This document shows positions 23,701-37,389 of a stretch of 64,000 bases of DNA, in pieces. Numbering within the stretch: position 1 is the first letter of the stretch; the number at the start of each line of letters is the position of its first letter. The stretch spans positions 297,422-361,421 of the forward strand of contig MU053432.1 of the NCBI GenBank assembly GCA_013239625.1. The letters run 5' to 3'. A program made the position numbers and the translations under genes. The DNA is from Lama guanicoe (taxonomy: Eukaryota). Under the pieces are notes generated by a model that made no database searches, was not told the DNA's origin, and saw only the letters and a list, made by a program, of their open reading frames with translations.

Positions 23701-24486
23701 ACCAGAGCTTTCTAAAAAGGGGAACTAATTAAACAAATATTAGATCTCACTTTTTCTTCCATTTCTCTTAACATGTAAATAAACATGTTATTTTCTGTAT
23801 TTTTGGCTCTCTGGGCTGTGTTCTGTGGTACTTTTTTAGTTTTATTCCCCAGTTCAATAATTGTCTTTTTAGTGGTGTTTAATCTGTCAGTTAACCCATT
23901 GAAGGTTTTTTTTAATTGCTATATTTTAATTTCTAGAAATTCTCTTTGATCATTTTCAAATCTTTCTGGTCCTTTTTTGATAGCTTTTTAATTCTTTGTT
24001 CATGGTTTTGATACCCTCTTTTATTTCTTTAAACATCTTAAAGATATATATATGTAATATACATATGTTATTTAAATAATGTCAGAAATTTTAACTTGAC
24101 ACTTATTCAAAATACATATATTCTTAGGAAATGTAACATTGATCTAGAGTCTAATTAAATCAGATTACTTACTGAAAACAAGTTTTTGTGAAGGAGGGTG
24201 AGGAGAACCAAGAGGTTTACATGTTGTTTCCTTGACCTGACTGCAGACTAAGCCAAGCATCTCTTCCTTACTGGAGTGACCGATCCTGAGGAGTAGATTA
24301 GGTTGGACCTTATCAGTTCTAAAATGATTAACCATTTCTGGCAAAACATCACTCTTGAATAGAGAAGCTCCCAGTGCCTAGACTGACTAAGAAATGAAGA
24401 TAATGTTTAAGAGCAATGCTGCTAGGGCTCCAATTTGCCTAAACTACCCCAAAGTAAAATTAAGCAGTCACAACTGTAAATGGAGT

Positions 24487-24615
24487 GGGGGAGGGTATAG
24501 CTCAGTGGTAGAGTGCATGCCTAACATGCGTAAGGCCCTGGGTTCAATCCCCAGTACCTCTATCAAAGATAAATAAATAAGACCTAATTACCCCCCAAAA
24601 AAAATACAAAAAAAA
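24487..24615 (+). mobile_element. Vic-1-like SINE (inside a larger TSD-flanked insert 24477-24816)
   Basis: Canonical SINE head and tail. Confidence 0.92.
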
Positions 24616-25095
24616 TTTTTAATTGTGTTTAAAAAATGTCCCTCTCTAACTTTTGTAATATTCCTTGTTCTTAAGTTTACGTTGTCTGATATTAATATAG
24701 TGACTCCAGCTTGCTTTTTGTTTGTATTTGCATAGGATATATTTCCCTATTCTTCCACTTTTAACCTGTGTCTTTAAATTAAAAATGAGTTATCCAATTT
24801 GAAAAAAACAAAAACTAGCAGTCACAACTGAACCTTCCTTTGGGTGAGCAAATATGTAAAACACATTCTTTCCTTTTTCTAGTAACTCCACATAATCAAA
24901 GCCTTTGACTGCAAATTTTCCTTCCTCTGGTCTAGTGCCTAAAACATAATAGGCATTCTGTAGATCTTGGTCAAATAAACAGATTTTCAGGGAGGCAAAA
25001 GTACTCCTGAGGAGTAATTGATAATGAAGTTAGACAGTTAATCTGAAACCTAGGTCACTAAAGATTTGCATCTTTGGTTGGTATTTTCTCTGCAG

Positions 25096-25281
25096 CAAGT
25101 AAAAGGGAACTTTGCAAGGCTGCAGGCCTGCATCTCAGAACTCCGCTTATTGCAAAGAGAAGGTTGTTTCAGACCACAAGGCACTTCTCTGCAGCTGGCA
25201 GTAGAGGATGGGCTCCAGCAGCTCAAACAGTACAGCAGACACGTGACCACGGGTGCAGCTCTGACCTACACTTCCCTGGAG
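25096..25281 (+). CDS. M1AP: M1AP exon 3
   Basis: tgcag acceptor; QVKGNFARLQACISELRLLQREGCFRPQGTSLQLAVEDGLQQLKQYSRHVTTGAALTYTSLE; GTAAG donor; 186 nt. Confidence 0.96.
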
Positions 25282-26006
25282 GTAAGAGATGCTGCCCTTA
25301 GGACTCTAAGCTGTCTTCCCATCAGTCCATCTAGATCCTTCATTGTTGGTCATCCTTATCCTGTTCTCTGTTTCATACACATTGAAGGTCATGACAGATA
25401 CTCCATTGGGTGCATGACTGACTCTGAGTTCTGATAACATCAGGCATCAAACAAATGAGTTTAAAGAATTATCCTTTCATTTGCATCCTTCTTCATCAAT
25501 TAGAAGTGTCTAAGTACAAAAGAGAATTGCTTATATTTAATACTTGCCTTCCGGAGTTTCGAGTTCAACCTGGATCCTGGTTGAGCAAGGAGAGAAATCT
25601 ACATGGAGGCACCACCGTGAGAAGACGGCATATAGGATCTCTGATATTTAGTGAGTGGAATTTAAGGACTCTATTTCCTTTGTTTCCTAGTGAAATCAAA
25701 GCACTTTAAGCAGGAGAGATACTGCAAGTGATTCATTCAACCCTAAAAATACTAAAATACACTGATGGCCTCTCACTGGTAACTTTCTGGGGTAGGCTCA
25801 GCCTGTTTGGAAGGGTCCTGTGATGATCTGCCCACCAGACCTCTCCCACCAGAATTTGTCAAATGAAATTTGATTTGCAAGTTACGATTAAATCTTCTTC
25901 TTTGCCCTAAAGACAACAGCCACTACCACAGATTTCTGCAGGGTTTCTGTCCTTCACTCTGTACATCAGGAAAAGTAGACATGTTGATTCTTTGATTTAT
26001 TTCCAG

Positions 26007-26175
26007 ATTACTGTTCTGACTTCACAGCCTGGAAAAGAGGTGGTCAAACAATTGGAGGAAGGACTGAAAGATACAGACCTAGTCAGGGTCAGGAGGCTTC
26101 AGGTGGTTGAGATCACAAAGGGAGTCCTTGGCTGTATGGACTCAGCATCCCCTGTTGAAGAGCCCAGCAGCGATG
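26007..26175 (+). CDS. M1AP: M1AP exon 4
   Basis: ttccag acceptor; ITVLTSQPGKEVVKQLEEGLKDTDLVRVRRLQVVEITKGVLGCMDSASPVEEPSSD; GTAAG donor; 169 nt. Confidence 0.96.
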
Positions 26176-26461
26176 GTAAGAATTAAAGGAAAAGGTAAAA
26201 AGAATGGTAGAGGTTTTAATGAGCAGTCTTTTACAGGTCAGGAAGATTATTTTCCATGGTATTTTTATGTCATGAAATGAAATGAAGCCAACATATTTCA
26301 CTGTGGTTCAGACAGGTGTTTCTAGGTGTTAAGTGTTGAATTTTTTAATCATATTTTTAATTTCAGAAACAATGTATGTTCACGTAATATTATAGGTATA
26401 ATGTTCATGAAATATTATAGGTATAAAAAAGTAAAAATTCCTTCCTCCTCTAATCACTTTT

Positions 26462-26777
26462 TTTTAATTTAAATATAGTCAGTTGACAATGTTGTGTCAA
26501 TTTCTGGTGGACAGCACAATGCTTCAGTCATACAAGAATACACATGTATTCATTTTCATATTCTTTTTCACCTTAAGCTACTACAAGATATTGAATATAG
26601 TTCCCTGTGCTATACAGTATAAACTTGTGTATCTATTTTATGTATACCAGTCAATGTCTGCAAATCTCGAACTCCCAATTTATCCCTTCCCACTCCCTTC
26701 CCCTCTGGTAACCATAGTTTTGTTTTCTATCTCTGTGAGTCTGTTTGTGTTTTATATAAAAGTTCATCTGTGTTTTT
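26462..26777 (-). mobile_element. L1 3' end, antisense
   Basis: Poly-T then tatagtcagttgacaatgttgtgtcaatttctgg; TSD TAATCACTTTT (26451-26461 / 26778-26788). Confidence 0.9.
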
Positions 26778-27083
26778 TAATCACTTTTAAGATATTGGGG
26801 TATCCCTCTTAATGTCCCATTAGACAGAGAGAGAGATTGAGAGAGCGATAAAGAGATAGAAGTATTTTAACAAGATCATGACATACATAATATTCTATAA
26901 TCCTCTTTGAATGTTGGACAGCTGTCTGTGTTAGTATCTATAGACCTGTCTCATTTTCTGCTGGCTGCATGATCTTTTTTACTGTGTGGTTGGACCAGTT
27001 TCTTTATTTAATTGCTTATTGATGAACAGTTTGGTTTATTACATTTTCTAGTATAACCTATGCTGTACGAACAGACTTCTCTG

Positions 27084-27400
27084 TAGGGCTGTCTTCACGG
27101 GCTTATGACCAGTGCAGTCACACAGGGCCTTGTATTCAGAAAGGCCCTATACTTAGGACTGAATGCTCTTTGGTTACTTTCTCAGAGTTCTTAATAATTT
27201 TATCTTTGAATCTGTGTTTTGTAAGTGAAGTTCGATGGAACAATGGAGCATGTGCCAGAGGATTATAGATGTGGTTTACATGTGCCCCGCCTCCTGTGTC
27301 GTCCCCACCTCCTCAGAATAGGTTCTCAATCACCAGCTTCCCGGCCCTGAGGTCCCAAGCCTGCCTACCCCACCTAGTGATCACTGGCACCCAAGTCCCT
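27084..27400 (+). mobile_element. MER45-family (hAT-Tip100) DNA transposon 5' part
   Basis: agggctgtcttcacgggcttatgaccagtgcagtcacacagggcc...cagaaaggccc matches the recalled MER45 5' end. Confidence 0.7.
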
Positions 27401-27770
27401 GCCAATAAGTCCTACGTAAGACACCGATAATCCTACACCTTCTAGAAGAGAAAATACTCAAACTGAGTCTTGAAGAACAAATAGGAACTAACCAACTGGA
27501 GGAGGAGGAAAAGGGCACTCAAAAAGGAGACCCAGAGGCATGAGAAAGCCAGATAAATCAGCTTTCAGAGACATGCCCATGGTTCCCTGTGACAGGAGCC
27601 TAGCAGCAAAGGTGAGGCTATAAAGGCAGGCAAGGGTTAGGTCAAGAAAGGCCATCTATGCCCTAGTTTTAAGACATTTGGGTTGCATTCTAAAGCAGTG
27701 GGAATTTATGAAAAGGTTTTCATCACGAAGTCAAGTAGACATTCCCAAATTACGGAGTTTAAAAGGTTTC

Positions 27771-28122
27771 TTATCACTTAGATGTGGCATCTAAGAAAAA
27801 TGATACAAATGAACTTATTTACAAAACAGAAATAGACTCAGACATAGAAAACAAAATTACAGTTACCAACGGAGAAAAGGGAGAGGGGTAAATTTGGAAT
27901 TTGGGATTAACAGATACGCACTACTATATATAAAATAGACAAACTGTATAGCACAGGGAACTATATTCAATGTCTTGTAATAACCTATAATGGAAAAGAA
28001 TCTGAAAAAGAATACATATGCATAACTGAATCACTTTGCTGCACACCTGAAATGTAAATCAACTATACTTCAATTTTTTTAAACTTTTTAAATAAACTCC
28101 TTAAAAATTTAACTAATAAAAT
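27771..28122 (+). mobile_element. L1 3'UTR
   Basis: atcacttagatgtggcatctaag...aatcaactatacttcaa plus AT-rich tail. Confidence 0.88.
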
Positions 28123-29219
28123 AAAGGTTTTTTAACTGGTTTTAATTTGTCCAACATTCAAGTTACAGATCACTCTCCAGCAGTTCTTTCTGGCCACATT
28201 GGCCTTCTCCAAGGTTCTGTACACGTGGAGGTGCCCACTATTCTTATACTATTGAAAACCTCACTCTTCCCTTCACCCCCTCATGATGTCAGGGGTTGGT
28301 AAACAACAATGTATTTCCCATCAGATTCTGACATGTGGATTGTTCCAGCATCATGGACCACTGACATTTTTCTGATTGAGGGGGGAGGGTCACCAGCCTT
28401 GCTGTTCGGTGTATGAGCTCTGTCACCTACTACATACACACTGCTTTCCTCAAATCAGTCTCCTCACTGACTACCCTTTTGTCTCCGTTCCTCCACTTGT
28501 ACTCTTCTCCCCTGAATTCCCTCTTCTTTCCTTTGAATTCCTTCCGCTATCCTCTTCCAACCAAACCATCCCCATCCTTTAAACCCTAATTCAGGTTTGT
28601 GACTACTGTATTGATTTTCCTCTCCTTAGAACAACCACATCACTTGTGATCTGCACCGCACAATTTAGTGCCTAATTATATACCATATAGAATTGTTCAC
28701 CATTGCTTTACTGTGTAATCATTTTGTTTTCTCACCTAAACTGTAAGCTACTTGATATCTTTTCTATCTGCATTGAACGTTAGGCATTAAGCCCTGGGAT
28801 TACGAATTTGTCTTACTCACTTCTGTGTCCCACTGTATCCTAGATTTTCAATAGACATTTGTTGAATGAATTGATGACGGTGATACCTGTAGAGTCTGTT
28901 CCTGACCTGTCCAGCATCCTCTTTCTCTAGTAACACCTCTACTTTCCTGGTCCCAGCATGGTCCATAACCCAGGTGAAGCAGTCATAGCTCTCCAGGCCA
29001 CCAATCAGAGTCCTTCCCAGTGGGTTCTCAAACTGAATCTGTGAGAGAGAGGCTCTTTTTATTTCTCTTTGGCCATGGATAAATCTGGCTGGACTATGTC
29101 CTTTTCTCCCTTCAGTGACTGTACCCAAAAAGTACTGTATCTTTAATGGCACAGAGCTCAGAGTACTTTGAGGGTACCTGCTGTCTTTATTTAAAATACT
29201 CAGAGGCTAGCACTGTTTA

Positions 29220-29354
29220 TTATTGTATTATTTATTTTTATCTTGGTGAGGGGTTGTAATTAGATTTATTTATTTTTAGAGGAGGTACTGGGAATTGAAC
29301 CCAGGACCTCGTGTATGCATGTGCTCTACCACTAGAGCTATACCCTCCCCTTCT
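29220..29354 (-). mobile_element. Vic-1-like SINE
   Basis: 17-bp TSD GAGGCTAGCACTGTTTA (29203-29219 / 29355-29371). Confidence 0.93.
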
Positions 29355-29639
29355 GAGGCTAGCACTGTTTAGAAGAGCTTTACAATGCAAGAAACCAGCT
29401 TTCTACCTTGTGTCCCTGCTAATGATTCTTTCAGGAACTTCTTGTTTGCTTATAAATAATACATTATCCCATAAGTTGCTTGTAGTTACTCTTTGTGGGT
29501 AAAGTGTATGTATGGTTCATAGTTTGAAATCTTCCCAATTTGCCTCTGCTTTCCTCATGGTTAATTCCTTTATTCCATTAATGTTTTACTTTATCTGGTG
29601 TCCTTATCAAGAGATTAGCAAGAGCAACTTTTCTCATTC

Positions 29640-29860
29640 TCAGAAGGTTGAGTGCTCTGGAAGTTAGTTGCCTGAGCCTAAATCCCATTTCTGTTACTTC
29701 CTACCTATGTCATTTCAGAGAAGGTACTTAGCCTGTCTAAGCTGTCTGAGCCTTAGTTATTAATTCCTGCCCCATGCAGTAGTTGTGGGGATTAAATGAG
29801 ATCATGTATGTTAATTACTTAGTGTATAATAAATGCTTAGTGAAAGTTAGCTATCCTTAG
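29640..29860 (+). mobile_element. MIR
   Basis: MIR core-like motif (gttgtggggattaaatgagatcatgtatgt...aataaatgcttagtgaaagttagct). Confidence 0.7.
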
Positions 29861-30509
29861 TATTGATTTTTTTTTTAATTTTTGTGTATGGATGGCTTAA
29901 TATTTCTGAGATTTGTCATTAATGGCCAGGCCCCAAGTGGACTGTGAGTCACCAGAGGATAAGACTTTTACATCTTTGTGTCACCAGGGTATATCATTCT
30001 GCTTGGCACATAGTAGATTCTTGAAAGAGTAAATAAATGAATGATTGGAAAAAATCAAATGATTTGTGAGAGATGGTGGTCACTCTCTCTAACATCAACT
30101 CAGATAGTTAGGGACATATCTCAAACACCTGTAGCTTCCCTTCGTAGCCCATGGATATCATGAATTGATTCAAACACTTCTTGAATCTATTTTTAACTTT
30201 TCAACTATGGTGAGATGATCATCAATTAAATAGAAATTGTCTACATGCCACTTTTCAAAGAAAGAAACAGATTACAAGGAAATGTTGATATTACAGATCA
30301 GTTTAAAAAGGAATTATGAGAATATGTCCAACTAGTCTAAATTCTACCTTCTTTCGTTCAGCCCAGCACAGTGAGAACTAGTTATAAAGATGACTCAGAG
30401 ACTGCAAGATCCAGAATTGCTGAAGAAAAAGTGAACTTAAAAATTAAGAAGGTAGACTTATCTTTTAGAAAGTTCTTGAACAAGGTCTAAAATGAAAGGA
30501 TTAACTTTG

Positions 30510-30992
30510 TTTTTCAATTTTTTAATTGAAGTATAGTCAGTTACAGTGCGTCAATTTCTAGTGTACAGCATAACGTCCCAGTAATACATATACATACATA
30601 CAGTTGTTTTCATATTCTTTTTTCATTAAAGGTTATTACAAGATATTGAATATAGTTCCCTGTGCTCTACAGAAGAAATTTGTTTTTTATCTATTTTTAT
30701 ACATAGTGGCTAACATTTGCAAATCTCAAACTCCCAAGTTTATCCCTTCCCACCCTCTTTCCCCTAGTAGCAATAAGATTGTTACTAAGTCTGCAAGTCT
30801 GTTATCTTTTTCTTTTTAGATTCCACACATGAATATCATATGATATTTTTCTTTCTCTTTCTGGCTTACTTCACATAGAATGATGATCTCCAGGTCCATC
30901 CATGTTGCTGCAAATGGCATTATTTTATTCTTTTTTATCTCTGAGTAGTATTCCATTGTGTAAATATACCACAACTTCTTTATCCGGTCAAT
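30510..30992 (-). mobile_element. L1 3' end, antisense
   Basis: Minus peptide [50 protein letters not shown]. Confidence 0.92.
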
Positions 30993-31299
30993 CCTAGATG
31001 GTTTTACAGTCAAATTCTGTCAGACTTTCAAGGAACAGATCATGCCAGCCTTATACAGACTCTTCTAGACATTAAAAAAGAAAAAAAGAGAAAAAGAAAA
31101 AAGAAAACAACCTTCAAGTCATGGTAGAAAACCAGGCAAAAACAATGTAAGGAAAGAAAATGGCAGGCCAGTCCACTCATGAAAATAGATAAAACAATCT
31201 AAAATAATCTAGTCATTATAAAAAGAGAATACAGAATTGACCAAATTGGATTTACCTCAGGAATGCAAGGTGATTTTGCATTAGAAATATATAAACTTA

Positions 31300-33085
31300 A
31301 CCATGGAGGTGAAAAAAAAGCCTATACTCTGAAAACTATGAGAAAATATGAGGGAAGTTAAGGATGATACAAATAAATGAAAAGATACCCTGTGTTCATG
31401 GTTGGAAGAACTAATATTGTTAAAATGTCCCTACTATCCAAAGCAGTCTTCAGATTTAATGCAACCGCTAAAAGTACCCATGACATTTTTCACAGAACTA
31501 GAACAAATAATTTTAAATTTTGTATGGAACTACAAAGACCCCAAATGGCCAAGGCAATCTTGAGAAAAAAGAAAAAAGCTGCAGGTATCTTGCTCCCTAA
31601 CTTCAGACTATATTATGAAGCTACAGTAATTAAAAAAAAAAAAGTATGGTACTGGCACAAAAACAGATACATAGATCAGTGGAACAGAATAGAGAACCCA
31701 GAAATAAACCTACACACTTAAAGTCAATTAATCTATGACAAAGGAAACAAAAATACACAATGGAGAAAAGACAGTCTCTTCAATAGTGGTGGTGGGAAAA
31801 CAGCACAGCCATGTATAAAAGAATGAAATAAAAACATTTTTCTCACACTGTATACAAAAATAAACTCAAAATTGATTAACAACTTAATTGTAAGGCCAAA
31901 AGCCATAAAACTCCTAGAAGAAAACATAGGCAGAACACCTTTTGACATAAATCATAGCAACATTTTTTTTTAGATCTGTCTCCTAAGGCAATGAAAACAA
32001 AAGCAAAAGTAAACAAACAAGACTTAATTAAACTTAAATGCTATTGCACAGTGAAAGAAATCATCAACAAAACAAAAAGACAACCTACTGAATGGGAGAA
32101 GATATTTGCAAATGATATGTCTAATAAGGGATCGTTATTCAAAGAGCTCATGCAACTCAATATCAAAAAAACAAACAACTCTATTAAAAATGTGGACAGA
32201 CGACCTGAGTAGACATTTTCCCAAAGAAGACATACAGATGGCCAACAGGCACATAAAAAGATGTTTAACATCACTAATCATCAGGGAAATGCAAATCAAA
32301 ACCACAGTGAGATTGCACCTCACACCTGTCAGAATGGCTATCATCAAAAAGACAACAAGTAATAAATGTCGGTGAGGATGTGGAGAAAAGGAAACTCTAG
32401 TACACTGTTGGTGGAAATATAAATTGGTTCAGCCATTATGGAAACAGTATGGAAGTTCCTGAAAAAAATTAAAAATAGACCTACCATATGATCCAGTAGT
32501 TCCACTCCTGAGTATATATCTGAAGAAAACGAAGACACTATAATTTGAAAAGATAGTGCACCCCAATGTTAGTAACAGCATTATTTACAACAGCCAAGAT
32601 ATGGAAGCAACTTAAGTGTCCATCAATAGATGAGTAGATAAAGGTGATGTAGTGTATGTAAATACAATGGAATATTACTCAGCCATTAAAAAGAATGAAA
32701 TTTTGCCATTTGCACATAAGGCATGGACCTGAAGGGTATTATGCTTAGTGGAGTAAGTCAGACAAAGACAAATCCTGTATGTTATCATTTATGAGGAGAA
32801 TCTAAAAAATAAAATGAATGAATATAATAAAACAGAAATAGACTCACAGATGCAAAGAACAAACTAGTGGTTATCAGTGGGTAGAGGGCTTGGGGGAGGG
32901 GCAAGATAGGGGAAAGGGATTAAAAGTTACAAACTACTATGTATAAAATAAATAAGATAAGCACAGGGAATATAACCAATATTTTATAATAAAGTTAAAT
33001 GGCATATAATCTATAAAAATACTGACTCACTATATTGTGCACCTGAAACTAATGTAACATCATAAATCAACTATAATAAAAAAAG
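31300..33085 (+). mobile_element. 5'-truncated L1 nested in older L1
   Basis: ORF2 peptides ([41 protein letters not shown]), 3'UTR and poly(A). Confidence 0.92.
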
Positions 33086-33606
33086 AGATGTATAACTTAC
33101 CACATCAACAGATCAAAAGATAAAAATCATATTACCTTAATAAATACAGAAAAACATACGATAAAATGAACATCCATTCATATTTAAAAGAAAAATCTTA
33201 GTAAGCTAGGAATAGAAAATAACTTCCATAACTTGGCAAAATGTTTCAATCAAAAATCTACAATATGATTTTTACTGGTGGAATGTTAGAAAGATTGCCT
33301 TCAAAAGTCAAGAATAAGACACGTATATCCCATCACCACTTTGGTTCAACATAGTTGTTCTAGTCTAATAAGTTAAGAAAAATACTTAAGGGTATGAAGA
33401 TTGGAAAGAAAGAAGCAAGACTGTCTTTATTTGAAACATATTTGATTGGCTACATTAATAACCAAAAGAGTCTATGGAAAAATTATTACAATTAGTAAGA
33501 ATTTAACAAGGTGGCTGGATATAAGATCAAGATACAAAAGTCAATAGCATTTCTATAATTAGAAAGAAACTCTTAGAAAATTCAATTTTTAAAGAAATAC
33601 CTTTTA

Positions 33607-33757
33607 CATACCCTCCTCCAAAAAAAAGAAAAACATTTAGGGAGGGAGGGTATAGCTGAGCTATAGGGTGTGTGCTTAACATGCACGAGGTCTGGGTTCA
33701 ATTCCCCAGTACCTCCATTTAAATAAATAAGCCTAATTACCACCCCCCAAAAAAACC
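33607..33757 (+). mobile_element. Vic-1-like SINE with ~33-nt 5' extension
   Basis: 16-bp TSD AAAGAAATACCTTTTA (33591-33606 / 33758-33773); SINE head starts ~33640. Confidence 0.88.
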
Positions 33758-34492
33758 AAAGAAATACCTTTTATAATAACAAAAAGTAGAGCATTTAGAA
33801 ATAAATCTTAACAAAAGATGCATAGAATAGTTATTGGGAAAAGTTTGAAATTTTACTGATGTACTTTAAAGAAGATATAATTAAATGGAGCATGTTAATG
33901 GAGAGAAACATTCAAAATCAGAAAGAGTCCATTCTCCCCAAAATGATCTATCAAATGCAATTTCAATCAAAATGCTATCAGAGTTTTTTTGATGAACTTG
34001 ACAAGCTGATCCTAATGTATATAATAGAGGCTAAGATATATATTAAGGCTAAGGTTTGCCCTATCAGATATTACGATGATTATAAGGCTGTTCTAATTAA
34101 GATAGTATTATATTGACACAGAGGTAGATTGTCCAGTCTAGGACAGCTGAGAGAGACCAGGGACAAACAGACACGTTACATGAAAATTTGATGTGCGGCT
34201 GAGCCAACATGGCAGAGCAGTGGGAAAGGATGGATCTAGTCAGTAACTCATACTGGAACTACCAGTATTCCATGTGGGAAAAATGATATTTGATCCCTGC
34301 TGCATGCCATTTACAAAAATACATTTTAAATGGTTTAAGGACTTAAATATAAAAGCTAAAACTTTAAAACTTTTACAAGAAAATATAGGAGAAAATTTTT
34401 ATCACCAAAGGTAGAGAGGAGAAGGAATAAAGTTTGCTAAGCATAAAACAAAAGATTGATAAGTATGAATACTTTAAAATTAAGAATTTCTG

Positions 34493-35655
34493 GGGCAGTC
34501 TACCCAAGCAATAGAAATAAAAGCAAGAATAAACAAACGGGACCTAATTAAACTTACAAGCTTCCTCACAGCAAAGGAAACCATAAGTAAAACAAAACGA
34601 CAACCTACGGAATGGGAGAAAATTTTTGCAAATGAAACTGACAAAGGCTTGATCTCCAGAATATATAAACAGCTCATACAACTTAATAAGAAGAAAACAA
34701 ACAACCCAGTCCCAAAATGGGCAGAAGACCTAAACAAGCAATTCTCCAAGGAATAAATACAAATGATCGATAGGCACATGAAAAAAATGCTCAATATCAC
34801 TAATTATCAGAGAAATGCAAATTAAAACTACAATGAGGAATCACCTCACACCAGTCAGAATGGCCATCATTCAGAAGTCCACAAATGACAAATTCTGGAG
34901 AGGCTGTGGAGAAAAGGGAACCCTCCTTCACTGCTGGTGGGAATGCAGTTTGGTGCAGCCACTGTGGAAAACAGTATGGAGATTCCTCAAAAGACTAGGA
35001 ATAGACTTACCATATGACCCAGGAATCCCGCTCCTGGGCATATATCCAGAACCAACCCTACTTCAAAATGACACCTGCACCCCAGTGCTTAGCAGCACTA
35101 TTTACAATAGCCAAGACATGGAAACAGCCTAAATGTCCATCAACAGATGACTGGATAAAGAAGTGGTGGTATATTTATACAATGGAATACTACTCAGCCA
35201 TAAAAACCAACAACATAATCCCATTTGCAGCAACATGGATGCTCCTGGAGAATGTCATTCTAAGTGAAGTAAGCCAGAAAGAGAAAGAAAAATACCATAT
35301 GAGATCACTCATATGTGGAATCTAAAAACAAACAAACAAACAAAGCATAAATACAAAACAAACAGACTCATAGACATAGAATACAAACTTGTGGTTGTCA
35401 AGGGGGAGAGGAGTGGGAAGGGATAGACAGAGTTCAAAATTTGTCGATACTGACAGGCATATGTAGAATAGATAAACAAGATTATACTGTATAGCACAGG
35501 GAAATATATACAAGATCTTGTGGTAGATCACAGTGAAAAAAAAAGGGACAATGCATATATGTATGTTCATGTATAACTGAAAAATTGTGCTCTACACTAG
35601 AATTTGACACAACAGTGTAAATTGACTATAACTCAATAAAAAATGTTTTAAAAAA
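34493..35655 (+). mobile_element. Young camelid L1, 5'-truncated
   Basis: ORF2 C-terminus, 3'UTR and poly(A); TSD AAGAATTTCTG (34482-34492 / 35656-35666). Confidence 0.95.
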
Positions 35656-37389
35656 AAGAATTTCTGTTCATCAAAAGACACCATAAAGAAAGTGATAAGA
35701 CAAATCATAACTGTGTTTACAACTTGTATGACCAGTAAAAAGAATGAGTTGGTGTCCAGAATAAGGAATATAGGAATGCCTGAAACTCAGTTTTTTTTAA
35801 AAAAGACGACCTAATTTTGAAATCAATGAAAGATCTGAACAGGCATTTCACAGAAGAGGAACTCTTATGGCAAATAAACAGAAGAAAAATTCTCATTCTT
35901 ATTAATAATCAGGGAAATACAAATTAAAACAGTGATAGCCCATTTTTATGCCCACTAGTTTGCAAAAAATTAAGAAGTCTCACTATAGTGTTGGCAGTAG
36001 CAGAGCATGGAAATTCTTATACAGTGTCAGAAAGAATGTAAATTGGCTCACAACTTATTTTGTTGTAAAGTAACATTCACAATACAGTACAATTCAGCAA
36101 TTCCATTCCTAGGAGAATGTAGCCAGAAAAATTTTTCAAATGTGCACCTGGAGACATACAAGAATTTGAATATTGACATGATTCAAAAAGCCAAAAATTA
36201 GATGGACAACTCAAATATCCATTGAATGACATATGAATAAATATTATAAGTTATATTCACAAAGTGGAGTATCATAGTTATAAAAAATGAATGAACCAGA
36301 GCTATATATACAATGTAGATGAATCTTCAATACTAAGAAAAAAGCAGATAACAAGGATATTCACAAGATACCTCTTTATAAAGCTCAAGCAAAACTAAAA
36401 TAGTGAAGTGTTTGTTTAAAATAATAAAACTGCTTTTAAAAGGAATGATTTCTAAAAATTTAGTGCGGCAAAATTTCCCTTAGAGAAGGTCAGGGCACAG
36501 CATACACATATCTTAGTAGCACTGATGATCTGTTTCTTAAGTTGAGTAAAGGATTCATGAGAGTTCATTCTGCTCTTAAGCTTCATGGCTTACATATATG
36601 TTGCATGTAACTTATTTGCATATAATAAAAATTTTATAATAGCATTCCAAAGAATGGCTAAGTAATAAATATGCCAAAACTAAAACGGCCACTGTGATCA
36701 ATGCACTTTGGCTTCCAGAAAACATATGTCCAGGTTGACAGCAGGCTGCACTCACTGGGTATGTAAGTCTTTCAACCAGTTACAAATCATCCTAATGATG
36801 CTGTCAACCAGGCTCCATTTCTCAGCCTTGTACACAGGGATATCAGGTTCCCTTTCTAAGTGCTCACAAACCATCTGTTTAATATTTCCTCCTAGTCTTT
36901 GTCAGGGATCGATGTCAAGCTCTTTTGGAAAGGTATTTTATCCATATGTGTTCTCAGGAAACACCAAATGTTAACAACTCAAACACAGAAGATAAAGATT
37001 CATTGTCTCCCAAAGGATTCCAGGAAAAGAAGAAAAAAGAAAAAAAAACAAAAAACAAAACAACCTTTTCTATGATTCATGCTTGTCAGACTCCACATAT
37101 TGATTTTTCCCCTTTCAGTGTCTTCGAAAGTGACCAGGAAATGCACCTATTCATTGAGTTTGTCTTTGAAAACTGCATTAAAGTCCTACCCCTGTGGCAT
37201 TAAGACTAAATTAGAACCCCTACTGTATTTACTATCTAAAGACTTTTAACACAGAGAGACATTTGTTTATTTCATTAACAGAAGCCATGGTCTCAGAAAA
37301 ATGACAACTCTTCCCTTTTTAAAAATAGAATTAAAGAATTTTTTTAGACTATAGTAGAAAATCAAATTATTTGAAAATCAGATTTAAAA

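Larger units (their letters stand above)
30993..36650 (+). mobile_element. Old L1M ORF2/3'UTR hosting younger nested insertions
   Basis: Degenerate ORF2 continues across inserts at ~31300-33085, 33607-33757 and 34493-35655. Confidence 0.8.
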
